Shown here one piece after another: positions 8,969-19,224 of a stretch of DNA of 64,000 bases. Under the pieces are notes generated by a model that was not told the origin of the DNA, ran no database searches, and was given only the letters and a program-made list of their open reading frames with translations. Within the stretch, counting starts at the first letter, position 1. Every line of letters starts with the position of its first letter. Both the position numbers and the translations under genes were made by a program. This DNA comes from Alphaproteobacteria bacterium (GTDB lineage Bacteria; Pseudomonadota; Alphaproteobacteria; Rs-D84). The stretch lies in assembly GCA_009784275.1 (NCBI GenBank), contig WRCA01000004.1, forward strand, positions 5,748 to 69,747, given 5' to 3'.

Positions 8969-9640
8969 TTAAACATTTTTTGATAATGGTGGGCGGGGGC
9001 CGGTTATTCTTTCCCCCATTTTCTTACGGATGTTTTTTATCTCCACAATAAACCCATCCCCGGTTTTAGATGGGAACAGCTCATAATTAAACTTATATTT
9101 TCTTCGCGCAGTTGCGATTTCTTGGTTTACATTTACGCCCTTCAGCAAGTATGCCGATGTGGCGCTGATTCGTCCCACTGAACTGACCCCGGATTTTTTG
9201 CTCAAGTTCTTTTCATACACCCAGATATAATCGAGGATTTTTATCAGCGGCGCAAACGCCCGCGCAGTAAAAACTATATTCTGGGGCAGGGTAGATGTCG
9301 CAAGGAAGTTTTCCACTCTGTCATTTACTACTGTCAAATTCGGCAGGTTCAGCTGCTTTTTTAATTCTTCCAAGAATTTTGTTTTCTTTCCTATCGATTC
9401 TATGCATATCACATCCCAGCCCATAATCGCCAGCACCACCGCCGGAAAGCCCGCCCCGCTGCCCAAATCGATAATCGTAACCCTGGGAAGGTATTCCGCC
9501 AGCTGTGTTGAATCATCTATATGTCTATGTTGGATGTCGTTCAAGGTGCTGGGCGCGACCAAGTTTGCCCTGGTTTGCCAGTCGCGCAAAATTTCCACGT
9601 ATTTTTCAAATTTGTCTTGCAGTTCCGGTGAGTATTTCAT
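8969..9640 (-). CDS. rsmG: 16S rRNA (guanine527-N7)-methyltransferase RsmG/GidB
   Basis: SAM-binding motif DLGSGAGFP. Length 223 aa. Confidence 0.85.
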   Translation of the reverse strand: MKYSPELQDKFEKYVEILRDWQTRANLVAPSTLNDIQHRHIDDSTQLAEYLPRVTIIDLGSGAGFPAVVLAIMGWDVICIESIGKKTKFLEELKKQLNLPNLTVVNDRVENFLATSTLPQNIVFTARAFAPLIKILDYIWVYEKNLSKKSGVSSVGRISATSAYLLKGVNVNQEIATARRKYKFNYELFPSKTGDGFIVEIKNIRKKMGERITGPRPPLSKNV

Positions 9641-9654
9641 AAAGTAATTATACT

Positions 9655-11292
9655 ATGAAAACATCCCAAAACAATAAATATTCGACGATTGCAAGCGCCG
9701 CTTTGATGGTTGGCGGGCTGGTTGTGTTGGGCGTTGTTGGCTGGGGGCTTCTGCGTCCTTCCAAGTCCACGGATAATTTTAAATATCCCGAAACGAAGTT
9801 CGGCGCTTATCTGGCGACCCGTCATGCAATTTGGGTTGATGATTTCGAATCTGTAATGAAGTTTACCGAAACCTTCAAGGACTCTGATATTGCATCGGTA
9901 AAGATGGATGCTGCGATGGGACGCTTTCTGGCAGGCAATGTTGATGGCACGGCAAGAATTCTGGCGGGCGAAAAGGATATGCTGGCGCGCGCGGCGTATA
10001 CTGCTTATTTACTAACGCAAGATGACTGGAAGGGAATTTATAAAATGTATTCCGCGGATAAGTCCCAGATAATGTCGCCACTTCGAATATGGTCGGCGGT
10101 TGCAACTGGGAAAGAATCCGAAGCGATTAAATTTATAGACTCCTTGAATCTTACAGAAGGATGGAAGCTGTTTGCAAAGGGCATGGTTTACGCCGAGACG
10201 AATCGGCCCGATAAAGCAAAGGCGGCCTTTGATAAAGTGCCTTTGGATTTCATCAACCTTAATGACTATTTATATCTGCAAGCGTTTTATAAAAAACATG
10301 GATTTGATGAAGCTGCGGAAGAATTACGCTCTGATTTTGCCAGCACCCCCGGTGGAGCGTTTATAAACAATTTAGAATTTGATACGAACAAGGATTATTC
10401 CGGATATAAAAGAGCGTTGGGATTTGGATTAATTCAAAATGTTTCGCATACTCCTGCGATGTCTTACTCGAATGCTGCGCTGGTATTGTTAAGATTGGCG
10501 CAGTCTGCGATTGGTACGGGAGACGATGCGATTAATTATTATCTGGGGTCGTTCTTTTATAATGTTGAATCGCCAGTTTACACGGAGTATTTCGAGAAGA
10601 TAAAAAAGGATAGTCCTTATTACCTCTTCGTGATGCTGAAAAATGCCGAAAAGGCCGGTAATTTTAAGAAAATGAAATCCGGGTTGCAGGCCGCATTAAA
10701 GAAAAATCCCACTTTTATGCCGGCTTTGACAAAGCTGGTTGCGATAAATCTGCAAAAGGGCCGGGAAAATGACGCGCTTAAGATCGTAAATAACGCATTA
10801 AAACAGGAAGAACTTTCGGATAGTATAAAGTCTTATTTGCTACGGCAGCGCGCGCGGATTTATGTTCAAAAGGGAAAATTGGATCGTGCCGAAGATGATA
10901 TTTTAAAAGCTGGCGATTTAACGCCGACTAATCCAGATGTCTTGCTGGACACTGCAAAAATCTGGGTCGCGAAAAAAGAAAATCTTGATCAGGCGTATTT
11001 ATATACAACGGCGGTAATAAAACAATCTATATCTGATGTGGATGCTTGGAATACTTTGGCAATGATTGTTTGGGCAAAAGAAGGGCCAGAAGAAGCATCG
11101 GAAATACTGGAACGAGTTGGTCGGGTGGCGAGCGAAAATTCATCACTGTTCCAGCATCTGGGGGATGTGCGTGTAGAGCTGGGGAATAAAAAAGGTGCAC
11201 GTGATGCGTATGAGCGCGCATTAGAGTTTTCCGGCGATGGGCTGTCTTGTGGCGAAGAATGCCTGCGAAAGAAAATAAAGCGCTTAAAATAA
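9655..11292 (+). CDS. TPR-repeat protein with N-terminal TM anchor
   Basis: N-terminal TM helix. Multiple TPR-like A/L/Y-rich repeats. Length 545 aa. Confidence 0.5.
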   Translation: MKTSQNNKYSTIASAALMVGGLVVLGVVGWGLLRPSKSTDNFKYPETKFGAYLATRHAIWVDDFESVMKFTETFKDSDIASVKMDAAMGRFLAGNVDGTARILAGEKDMLARAAYTAYLLTQDDWKGIYKMYSADKSQIMSPLRIWSAVATGKESEAIKFIDSLNLTEGWKLFAKGMVYAETNRPDKAKAAFDKVPLDFINLNDYLYLQAFYKKHGFDEAAEELRSDFASTPGGAFINNLEFDTNKDYSGYKRALGFGLIQNVSHTPAMSYSNAALVLLRLAQSAIGTGDDAINYYLGSFFYNVESPVYTEYFEKIKKDSPYYLFVMLKNAEKAGNFKKMKSGLQAALKKNPTFMPALTKLVAINLQKGRENDALKIVNNALKQEELSDSIKSYLLRQRARIYVQKGKLDRAEDDILKAGDLTPTNPDVLLDTAKIWVAKKENLDQAYLYTTAVIKQSISDVDAWNTLAMIVWAKEGPEEASEILERVGRVASENSSLFQHLGDVRVELGNKKGARDAYERALEFSGDGLSCGEECLRKKIKRLK

Positions 11293-11332
11293 TTTGCAAT
11301 TACTGGCAAGTTTGTTATAATCGCACGGCTTT

Positions 11333-11409
11333 GGGTGATTAGCTCAGTTGGTTAGAGCGTTACGTTGACATCGTAAAGGTCGATGGTTCGAGTCCATTAT
11401 CACCCACCA
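11333..11409 (+). tRNA. tRNA-Val (anticodon GAC), CCA encoded
   Basis: Cloverleaf traced by hand. Acceptor GGGUGAU/AUCACCC. Anticodon loop UUGACAU. T-loop GGUUCGAGUCC. Confidence 0.85.
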
Positions 11410-11485
11410 GATTAAAAAATGTCATACAGTATTTATTCTTTCTTTAGTCGGATGATGCGCGTTTGCGCATAAATCTTTCATATTT

Positions 11486-11520
11486 CCATTTTACATTTGC
11501 CGTTTTACATTTTACACTTT
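11486..11520. promoter_or_regulatory. Triple direct repeat TTTTACA(T/C)TT upstream of metG
   Basis: ccattttacatttgccgttttacattttacacttt seen in the sequence. Function unknown. Confidence 0.2.
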
Positions 11521-11537
11521 AAATAAAGGTGATTTTT

Positions 11538-13205
11538 ATGAATAAGAAATATTTGATTACCAGCGCGCTTCCTTATGTAAATAATGTCTTGCACATTGGG
11601 CATTTGGTGGGGGCGTTATTGCCCAGCGATATATACGCACGCTTTTGCCGCGCCAAAGGCCGCGATGTCTTGCATATCTCCGGCGCAGATGTGCACGGAA
11701 CGCCTGCGGTGGTCGGCGCGCAGAAAGAAGGCATTCCGGTGGGGGAATATGTGGATAAGTATTTTGCCCTGCATGAAGAATCCATCCGTGATTTTAATTT
11801 GTCTTTTGACTTATATGGGCATACCCATACGGAACTGCAGACGAAGCTGGTACAGTCGCTGTTTACTCGCTTGGACGAGCAAGGTTTGATTGATGAGCGT
11901 GTGATGATTCAACCATTCAGCGTAGATGACAATATGTTCCTGGCGGATCGGCAGATAGAAGGGACTTGCCCGAAATGCGGTTATGAAAAAGCACGCGGCG
12001 ACCAATGCGATGGATGTGGGGAACTTTTAGAGCCCAGCGAACTGATAAATCCTTATTCGACAATCTCTGGCGGTCATAATATAGAAATGCGCGAAACAAA
12101 GCATTTGTTCTTCAAGGCTTCCGCAATGGAACCCGCGCTTCGCGATTGGATTGATTCGCGAAAAGACTGGTCGCATTCCGCAATCTCGATTGCAAAAAAA
12201 TGGCTGGCCGAAGGTATTCGCGACACCAGCATTACTCGTGATTTATCTTGGGGAATTCCTGTTAACAAGCCAGGCTATGAAAATAAAACTTTTTATGTCT
12301 GGTTCGAAGCGCCTTGGGGTTATGTTTCCATAAGTCAGGCTGTACAGCCGGATGATTGGGCGGATTGGTGGAAGAATCCGGATTGCTATTACGCGCAATT
12401 CATGGGCAAGGATAACGTAAAGTTCCATTCGGTATTTTTCCCGGAACATGAACTGGCAGTAAACGATAACTGGAAGACAGTCGATTTGCTGAAAGGAATG
12501 AACTTCCTAAATTTCGAAGGCGCAAAAATTTCCAAATCCACTAGGAATGGAATATTTTTAAGCGATGCGATAAAAGATGCCCCGGCAGATGCGTGGCGTT
12601 ATGCTCTGATGGCGTCTGCGCCAGAAACGGATGATACAGACTTTACGATTCAACGATTCGCGGACATCGTGAATAAAGATTTAAACGGAATGCTGGGGAA
12701 TTTTGTATCGCGCGCTACAAAACTGTCAGAGAAAAATTTCGGGAATAACGTGCCGGCACAAATAAATGATTGTTTAACACCGCATTGGCCGGAATTGGAA
12801 CAAGTTCTGAATGCAAAGTTGGTTGAACTGACGGATGCGCTGGAAGCATGCGAATTTAGAAAAGCCGTTACCGCGCTGCGCGAAATATGGGCCGCAGGCA
12901 ACGAATTCATGACGCTGACAGAGCCTTGGACCTTGGTCAAAAACGGCAATATGAAAGCAGCGGGTACAGTATTGAACGAATGTTTCCAGCTGATTGATTT
13001 TTATGCTCGTGTGGCCGCACCGTTTATTCCGGATGCAGCGCAAAAAATGCAAAATATATTCGGCGCAAAGAACGATTTATCCTGGCCCGGGAAATATGAA
13101 CGCCGCATAAAGGATGGCGTAGTATTCGTCGTGCCTGAAAATTTATTCGCACGAATCGATGCCGACAAGATTGCAGAAATGACAACAAAGTATGTTAGAA
13201 AGTAA
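11538..13205 (+). CDS. metG: Methionyl-tRNA synthetase
   Basis: HIGH motif (LHIGHLVG). Zn knuckle CPKCG...CDGCG. KMSKS-like KISKS. The ATG at 11538 has an AAAGGTGA RBS (the GTG at 11529 is less likely). Confidence 0.9.
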   Translation: MNKKYLITSALPYVNNVLHIGHLVGALLPSDIYARFCRAKGRDVLHISGADVHGTPAVVGAQKEGIPVGEYVDKYFALHEESIRDFNLSFDLYGHTHTELQTKLVQSLFTRLDEQGLIDERVMIQPFSVDDNMFLADRQIEGTCPKCGYEKARGDQCDGCGELLEPSELINPYSTISGGHNIEMRETKHLFFKASAMEPALRDWIDSRKDWSHSAISIAKKWLAEGIRDTSITRDLSWGIPVNKPGYENKTFYVWFEAPWGYVSISQAVQPDDWADWWKNPDCYYAQFMGKDNVKFHSVFFPEHELAVNDNWKTVDLLKGMNFLNFEGAKISKSTRNGIFLSDAIKDAPADAWRYALMASAPETDDTDFTIQRFADIVNKDLNGMLGNFVSRATKLSEKNFGNNVPAQINDCLTPHWPELEQVLNAKLVELTDALEACEFRKAVTALREIWAAGNEFMTLTEPWTLVKNGNMKAAGTVLNECFQLIDFYARVAAPFIPDAAQKMQNIFGAKNDLSWPGKYERRIKDGVVFVVPENLFARIDADKIAEMTTKYVRK

Positions 13206-13728
13206 TCAACGCCTTGTCTTGATGTCATGTTGTGCGCCGTGCAGCGCAGGTGCTATAAAGCAGCTTGCGGATGATGGCGCAGATTTCATCGTTCTTTTCT
13301 ATAACCCGAATATATCTCCAGAATCGGAATATCAAAAACGACTGATAGAGCAAATCAAGCTCTGTGAATCATTGGATGTAAAATATGTGATTGGTGAATA
13401 CGACCACGACAAATGGCTGTCATGTGTATGTGGGTTGGAAGATGAGCCAGAACGCGGACGCCGCTGTGCGGAATGCTTTAAAATGCGGATTGCTTGGGGG
13501 GTGGATCGGGCGCGCGAACATGGTTATAATACGCTGGCCACCGTATTTGGTATATCAAAATGGAAAGATCAGAAACAAATTGATGAAGCAGGGGCGCAGA
13601 TATGCGCTAATGCAATACAATATATTCCTGTTAATTGGGATGAATCAATGCGTATTGATGAAAATAAGAAATATGACTTCTATCGTCAAAAATACTGTGG
13701 ATGTGAATTTTCGATGCCAAAAAAATAA
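13192..13728 (+). CDS. queH: Epoxyqueuosine reductase QueH (DUF208)
   Basis: CCAPCS and CxxC...CGCE cysteine motifs typical of QueH. Length 178 aa. Overlaps the metG end. Confidence 0.7.
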   Translation: MLESNQRLVLMSCCAPCSAGAIKQLADDGADFIVLFYNPNISPESEYQKRLIEQIKLCESLDVKYVIGEYDHDKWLSCVCGLEDEPERGRRCAECFKMRIAWGVDRAREHGYNTLATVFGISKWKDQKQIDEAGAQICANAIQYIPVNWDESMRIDENKKYDFYRQKYCGCEFSMPKK

Positions 13729-13745
13729 AACCGCATTTGCGGTTT
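13729..13745. terminator. Bidirectional terminator hairpin aaccgcatttgcggttt
   Basis: Perfect hairpin between the convergent queH and the 13749..14057 gene. Confidence 0.55.
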
Positions 13746-13748
13746 GTT

Positions 13749-14057
13749 TCAATGCACAGTTGGATAGTTTCGCTCAACATACTTACTGAAATTGTAAGAT
13801 GCTTCTTGTCTTTTATACTCTTTCCAGCGCGCCATTTCCAGAGATTTTGACATTGGCGATCTTGGGCCATAGGACTCCATGGTGATATACAGCTGCTGAT
13901 AAATCGGATCATTATTGAAACGATATTCATGCTCTTGTTTAATTTTTTCAAATTCTTGCCGATTTGCTTCAAGTTTACGTCCGATGAACTTAACTGCACA
14001 AAGAATTATAATAGCTGCTACCGTCAAACCACTACAAGTTCTTAAAAATTGTTTCAT
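13749..14057 (-). CDS. Hypothetical small membrane-anchored protein (102 aa)
   Basis: N-terminal TM helix. Coupled to the upstream 94-aa ORF (3-nt gap). Confidence 0.4.
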   Translation of the reverse strand: MKQFLRTCSGLTVAAIIILCAVKFIGRKLEANRQEFEKIKQEHEYRFNNDPIYQQLYITMESYGPRSPMSKSLEMARWKEYKRQEASYNFSKYVERNYPTVH

Positions 14058-14060
14058 ATC

Positions 14061-14345
14061 TTACGCCTTTTGTTTTTGCTCTACTAATTTAGACTGCAAT
14101 ATGGCCCATATATAGACAGGCAAATCAAAAATGCTTTTAGTGTTTATTTCTTCGCTCTGCAGGCCATTCAGGATGATTTTATAGCCGAAAGTTCTTTTAA
14201 AATGGGGCTTTGTCTCTACTGTTTCTTGAATCGTAAAGCTGCCGCCGTGCCATGCCGCATGGATAGTATCGTCTGAAAGTTTTGATACAACAGTGTTCTT
14301 GTCTTCCGCGCGATTACGCAAATTGAAATAAGTGAAAATGTTCAT
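14061..14345 (-). CDS. Hypothetical protein (94 aa)
   Basis: ORF with coding-like composition, downstream of der and co-oriented with it. Confidence 0.35.
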   Translation of the reverse strand: MNIFTYFNLRNRAEDKNTVVSKLSDDTIHAAWHGGSFTIQETVETKPHFKRTFGYKIILNGLQSEEINTKSIFDLPVYIWAILQSKLVEQKQKA

Positions 14346-14392
14346 TAACAGTCCTTTGTAAGACTGTCAGTGTAACACATTGCAGATGTTTG

Positions 14393-15730
14393 TCAAGAGT
14401 TCGCATCGTATGGATTTTCAGATTTTCTATATTCGATAAAAATCGGCAATTGTTCCCAATCCAATGCTTTTGCCAAACCTTTACGCAGGTATCTGGTATA
14501 AGATTCAGGCATATCCGTAGCACCGCCGACATGAATCGCGATCTTTATAGGATTGGTAGAGACTTGCGATGCGAATTTTACTTTCATGGGACGTTTCAAG
14601 CGCGACATTGGTGGGTGGCGCGCTTCCATTAGTTTTTCTATCGTGCGGTTAATTAAACTTGTCGGTTTACGGTCAGCCGATTTATCAATCAATTCGAATG
14701 TCCGCTTCATTAGGTTTTTCACCCCGGTTCCGGTTTCTGCGGAAATAGGCAAAATTAGCGGCTTGATAATTTGATGGAAAGAATTTTTAAACTGGTGCTT
14801 TAACTTCAACAGCTTGTCTTCACGTTCTTCCAATGGCACCAGGTCCCATTTGTTCAATGCCACCGCCAGAATCTTTCCGGCATCGTAAATTCGCGCGGCA
14901 ATTCCCAGTGCTTGATTTTCGATATTTTTTGTTGCGTCCACCACCAAAACAACCGCATCGGTTTTTTCCAGCGCGTCCAATGATTTTAACGCGGATAAAG
15001 TTTCCAGTCCATCTGTTATATTAGCCTTGCGCCGCAACCCCGCGGTGTCTGATATTACAATATTACGCCCCAGATATTTTGCGCGGACTTCGATAGTGTC
15101 GCGGGTTATCCCAGGTTCGTCCCGAACAATTACCCTTTCTGCGCCGAGTATTTTATTTACTAATGTCGATTTGCCTACATTAGGCTGACCGAGAATTGCA
15201 ATTCTTAATCGTGATTCAGTAACCGTTGGTTTGTGATTGGTAATCGGCAATGCTTTCATAAAATCATAAATTTTTTCAAAACCGGTTTTATGTTCCGCGC
15301 TGATAGGGAAAGCTTCGCCAAAGCCCAATTTATAAAAATCATTCAGGTCATGCAGGCGTTTTTCTGATTCCGCTTTATTCGCCAGCAGCAAGATTTTCGT
15401 TTTTCTCGTTTTGCGCACTGTTTTCGCCCATTCTAAATCTTCCGCCGTTACCCCGGCACGACCATCGACCACAAACAAAATAGCATCTGCGGATTTTATT
15501 GCGTTCAATGCAAACTCCGTGGATTGCTTTTCAATCGCGCTTCCTTTGGCCTCCAGCCCTGCGGTATCCATCAGCTCGAATTCCAAATCCCCCAGCTGCG
15601 CCGTGCCGGATAATACATCGCGCGTAACACCTGGGCGGTCATGCACCAGTGCGCTGCGCGAGTGAGTCAGCGCATTAAACAACGTAGATTTGCCTGTATT
15701 TGGGCGGCCTGCGATTGCGATTTTTAACAT
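14393..15730 (-). CDS. der: Ribosome biogenesis GTPase Der (EngA)
   Basis: Two GTPase domains (GRPNTGKST and GQPNVGKST). KH-like C-terminus. Confidence 0.9.
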   Translation of the reverse strand: MLKIAIAGRPNTGKSTLFNALTHSRSALVHDRPGVTRDVLSGTAQLGDLEFELMDTAGLEAKGSAIEKQSTEFALNAIKSADAILFVVDGRAGVTAEDLEWAKTVRKTRKTKILLLANKAESEKRLHDLNDFYKLGFGEAFPISAEHKTGFEKIYDFMKALPITNHKPTVTESRLRIAILGQPNVGKSTLVNKILGAERVIVRDEPGITRDTIEVRAKYLGRNIVISDTAGLRRKANITDGLETLSALKSLDALEKTDAVVLVVDATKNIENQALGIAARIYDAGKILAVALNKWDLVPLEEREDKLLKLKHQFKNSFHQIIKPLILPISAETGTGVKNLMKRTFELIDKSADRKPTSLINRTIEKLMEARHPPMSRLKRPMKVKFASQVSTNPIKIAIHVGGATDMPESYTRYLRKGLAKALDWEQLPIFIEYRKSENPYDANS

Positions 15731-15734
15731 AAGA

Positions 15735-15904
15735 GCCCCTTTTCGTAATCAAACACAATCAGATTTTGATAGATTTTGGTGGAAATTTTTATGAAATTTT
15801 ATAGGGTTTATAGACATAAATACTATAAAATTTAATAAAAATTTACCCAAAAGACGCAAAATATGATTACCACCTATTTGCCCCGTTTGATTACGAAAAG
15901 GGGC
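15735..15904. repeat. 170-bp AT-rich element bounded by a perfect 20-bp inverted repeat (gccccttttcgtaatcaaac / gtttgattacgaaaaggggc)
   Basis: Inverted repeats at 15735-15754 and 15885-15904, seen in the sequence. Internal 11-bp inverted repeat gaaattttatag/ctataaaattt. Sits in the divergent der / membrane-protein intergenic region. Confidence 0.5.
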
Positions 15905-15972
15905 GCGATTTCCTATTGAACTTTTCTTATTTTGTCTTTATTATAACCATAAGAAGACAGGAAGGCAAAAAA

Positions 15973-16569
15973 ATGATTAAGAAATTCAAAAAATGGCTGC
16001 AGCATATATTTTACATTCTGACCCAGCCGAAACAGTTCTTTTCTAAAATCGTCGCTGATGGAAATTTGGAAGAATCCATGTTAAAGGCTTTTATGTATGG
16101 TTTGTTGGGTGGCGTGCTGGTTCTGGCCTTGCAATTGATTGGTGGCGCGGCAGTAACTTTTGCGGCGGTTTTCTCGAAGTTGGTAATTATACCTGTACTG
16201 GCAGTGGCATTGTTGTTCGTAATGGCGGGGCTGATGATGATGGTGTCCGAAATAACTGGCGGCGATCGAGACTGGGAAATTGCGGTCAAGGGACTGGCCA
16301 GCGTATTTTTTATCTATCCCGTGATTCTGGTTTTGAACTCATTGGCATTTAATTGCACTTCTTTGTGGATAGTGAGTTTGTTGGTCGACGGCTATGTTCT
16401 GTTCCTGCTTTATAATATCGGCGTTTATTGCATGAAGGGCAACAAGACCAAAGTTGGCCTGGTGATCGCTGCATTTGCGATATTTGCAATAACGGTTTAT
16501 ATAACTGATTACAGATATGGCTGGTTTATGCTGAAAAATACCGGCGCGACGCTTAAGTGCCTGGTTTAA
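15973..16569 (+). CDS. Polytopic membrane protein (Yip1-like?), 198 aa
   Basis: ATG at 15973 with an AGGAAGG RBS. About 5 predicted TM helices. Confidence 0.4.
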   Translation: MIKKFKKWLQHIFYILTQPKQFFSKIVADGNLEESMLKAFMYGLLGGVLVLALQLIGGAAVTFAAVFSKLVIIPVLAVALLFVMAGLMMMVSEITGGDRDWEIAVKGLASVFFIYPVILVLNSLAFNCTSLWIVSLLVDGYVLFLLYNIGVYCMKGNKTKVGLVIAAFAIFAITVYITDYRYGWFMLKNTGATLKCLV

Positions 16570-17576
16570 AATTTCACCGTCAGTCCACCAGAGATAAATG
16601 GTGTTGATTGCACTTCGGAATCTACGAATCCGCCAGATATCCATGCATTCAGGTATTGGTTGAATTTATATCGAAGGGACAGGATTCCCGTATGCGCCAA
16701 GTAATTCATTCCGTCATGGAATATTCCTATTTCCGAAAACATATAAGATACGCTAGCAGACCAGTTCAGCAAATCATAGCTGATGCCAGTTCCTGCCGCA
16801 AGTCCGTCTGATAACGCCCCTGTTGGATTCTGGTCATATGTTACCTTGGCCACCAGTCCCCAAATCCAGCTGTTATATTGCAGGTTTAATCCAGTGCTGA
16901 ATTGTCCGCGCCAATCCGCCGTAACGCGCGGAGCGTAAATATCGCCCGCCATAAAATCTGGTCGGTCTATGAATGAAGCGCCCAGGGACAAGGCAGTTTT
17001 TGTTTTACCTTCGGAAAATTTGTATTTCAATCCGAAATCTGCGGCGTTATCAAAATGTCGTTGCTTTGGAGCATAAGAAAATCCGAATTGAACTGGGCTT
17101 GTTGGCACAGAAACTATATTTGCGCGCAAGGCAAATGACGCACCTGAAACTGTAGTTCTGGAAAGCACAGGATAAGGATCTGCAAGCTGGTAAATAACAG
17201 GGTCCATATTTACGCGCAAGCCGCCTACATCCGGCAGCCCCAATCCCAACTTTGTGGCAATGTTTGTTGTGAATCCCAATTCCGCCCGACCCCAAGGCGA
17301 TTCTACGAACGCGAAAGCATCCCGCAAAGGCTGTTCGCGCATAACACCCCACGCGTCTTGGGAGACAACTGCACCAAAAAGCCAATCGTTTGATTGCCGG
17401 TAAGACACTTGTCCGCGCAGCATCCAATCCGTTACCGCGCCGACATCGTCTTTTAATGCCGCGCCGCCCGCCGTGCCATATCCGGTCAGCTTCATATTCC
17501 AATTTTCATAATCATATTCGAACGCATGCGCTGATAAAGGCAAAAACAAAAAAACTAAAGGTAGAAATATCTTCAT
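16566..17576 (-). CDS. Outer-membrane beta-barrel (porin-like) protein
   Basis: Signal peptide ending SAHA. Alternating amphipathic beta-strands. C-terminal Phe (TVKF). Confidence 0.5.
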   Translation of the reverse strand: MKIFLPLVFLFLPLSAHAFEYDYENWNMKLTGYGTAGGAALKDDVGAVTDWMLRGQVSYRQSNDWLFGAVVSQDAWGVMREQPLRDAFAFVESPWGRAELGFTTNIATKLGLGLPDVGGLRVNMDPVIYQLADPYPVLSRTTVSGASFALRANIVSVPTSPVQFGFSYAPKQRHFDNAADFGLKYKFSEGKTKTALSLGASFIDRPDFMAGDIYAPRVTADWRGQFSTGLNLQYNSWIWGLVAKVTYDQNPTGALSDGLAAGTGISYDLLNWSASVSYMFSEIGIFHDGMNYLAHTGILSLRYKFNQYLNAWISGGFVDSEVQSTPFISGGLTVKF

Positions 17577-18466
17577 AATTTTGATTCCGCGAGGATGGCT
17601 TTTTGAAGTTTTGCGAATGCGCGTTCTTCTATCTGACGAACCCGCTCGCGCGAAATATTATATTCTGATGCCAATTGCTCCAGAGTTTTTACCGGATCAG
17701 ACATTCTTCGCGCGATCAGAATCGCACGATCACGCTCTGGCAAATCGGCCATGTGCTTTTGCAAGAGCTTCATTCCCATTTTTCTCATCTGTGAATTCTG
17801 GACTCGGTCCTCTATCGAATCAGTTGTGTCTTCCAGGTTGGATAATATATCGCCCGAATCGGAATCATTCCGCAAAGGTGCGTTCAAGGACACATCGCGC
17901 GCGCCGATTCGCCGCGCCATGCCGGCTACATCAGTTTCGTTAACATCCAGATGCTCTGCGATTTGGCGAATTTGATCGGGGGTCATTTCGCTGTCCATAA
18001 TCCCCAGGGCGCGTTTTGCCCGCGACAGATTAAAGAAAACTCGTTTTTGATTTGCGGAAGTGCCGATTTTTACCATAGACCAATTGGAAAGAATCAGATC
18101 GTACATTTCCGCCTTGATCCAAAACATCGCATAGGTTGAAAAACGAAAGCCTTTTTCCGGGTCGAACTTCTGCAGCGCTTGCATCAATCCCAAGTTCCCG
18201 GACGCAATCAGGTCTGATACGGGGATTCCATAATTTTTCAGCTCATACGCCACGGCAACGACCATGCGCAGGTGAGAACTGATAAGTTTTTCCGCCGCTG
18301 CCGAATCATGCATAGTTGTCCAGGCTGTAGCATACTCGTATTCTTCGGTTGCCGACAGAATCGGGAATTTCTGAATTTCCGCGATATACCGCGCCAGCGA
18401 ATAATCATCGGAAATCGCAGGCAGGCGGGTTGTCTTTGGCAAAGGGGCAGGCAGATTTTTCTTCAT
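17573..18466 (-). CDS. rpoH: RNA polymerase sigma-32 factor RpoH
   Basis: RpoH box QKRVFFNLSRAKR. Sigma-70 regions 2 and 4. Start trimmed to MKKNLPAP (298 aa) because the upstream part of the ORF looks non-coding. Confidence 0.8.
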   Translation of the reverse strand: MKKNLPAPLPKTTRLPAISDDYSLARYIAEIQKFPILSATEEYEYATAWTTMHDSAAAEKLISSHLRMVVAVAYELKNYGIPVSDLIASGNLGLMQALQKFDPEKGFRFSTYAMFWIKAEMYDLILSNWSMVKIGTSANQKRVFFNLSRAKRALGIMDSEMTPDQIRQIAEHLDVNETDVAGMARRIGARDVSLNAPLRNDSDSGDILSNLEDTTDSIEDRVQNSQMRKMGMKLLQKHMADLPERDRAILIARRMSDPVKTLEQLASEYNISRERVRQIEERAFAKLQKAILAESKL

Positions 18467-18487
18467 CGCACAATTATACAATTCGAC

Positions 18488-18516
18488 TTGCAAACAATCA
18501 AGCGAACTTGTATATT
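18488..18516 (+). promoter_or_regulatory. Sigma-70-like promoter (TTGCAA-N17-TATATT) for yfgM-bamB
   Basis: Seen in the sequence, about 25 nt upstream of the 18541 start. Confidence 0.4.
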
Positions 18517-18540
18517 TTCTGAAACGAAAAAGGATTTGAA

Positions 18541-19224
18541 ATGGCCAGTATGCTTTCCAGGAATAAAAACTTGAAACCCGCAAAGAAGTCCATGGACGAA
18601 CACGCGGAAGATGCGCTGTATCGTGAAATATCGGAAGAAGTCCAAGCGCAGAAAATGTATGATTTTGCAAAGAAATACATGCGGTGGCTGATCGCGGGCG
18701 CAATCGCGATATTTCTTATTACGGTCGGTATCCAATTGTATAGGCATTACAAGCATGAAGCAAAAATTGTACAGGCGCGTGAATTCGAAGCTGCGCTGGA
18801 TTTGGCGCAAAGCGGAGATTTCCGGGCTGCAGATGAAGCCTTTGCCCGCGCGGCAGCAAAAATCAGCGGCGGCATGGGGGATTTGGCATTGTTCAAGTCC
18901 GCTGTTATGGACTTGCAGTCAGGCAAGGGCAGCGCAAAGATGGAACAACTGGCGAAAAAGGGCGCGACCAGGGATTTTCGTGATCTGGCTCTGATTCATG
19001 TTGCGGTTATGAATGCGAACTCTATGGATGGCGCGCAGTTTGAAAAGTTCATGTCGCCGGTGTTGTCAATTTGGTCCCCGTTTTATTACACGGGAATGTT
19101 ACTGGTGGCGCAAAAATATCTGGCGGAAGATAATGTGGCCGCAGCGAATAAATGGCTGGATAAAATAATATCTGACAAGAACGCTCCGGCTTCTGTTGCT
19201 GGGATGGCAGAAAGTTTGAGATAA
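18541..19224 (+). CDS. yfgM: YfgM-like (UPF0070) membrane-anchored TPR-like protein
   Basis: Cytoplasmic N-terminus, single TM helix, then a periplasmic Ala-rich helical domain. Immediately upstream of the bamB-like gene, as in conserved synteny. Confidence 0.5.
   Translation: MASMLSRNKNLKPAKKSMDEHAEDALYREISEEVQAQKMYDFAKKYMRWLIAGAIAIFLITVGIQLYRHYKHEAKIVQAREFEAALDLAQSGDFRAADEAFARAAAKISGGMGDLALFKSAVMDLQSGKGSAKMEQLAKKGATRDFRDLALIHVAVMNANSMDGAQFEKFMSPVLSIWSPFYYTGMLLVAQKYLAEDNVAAANKWLDKIISDKNAPASVAGMAESLR

Noticed and set aside
17050-17502. 150-aa minus-strand ORF (out of frame with the co-oriented OMP gene) rich in Arg/Cys
   Set aside because: Lies inside the beta-barrel OMP gene. The high Arg/Cys content is a typical out-of-frame artefact.
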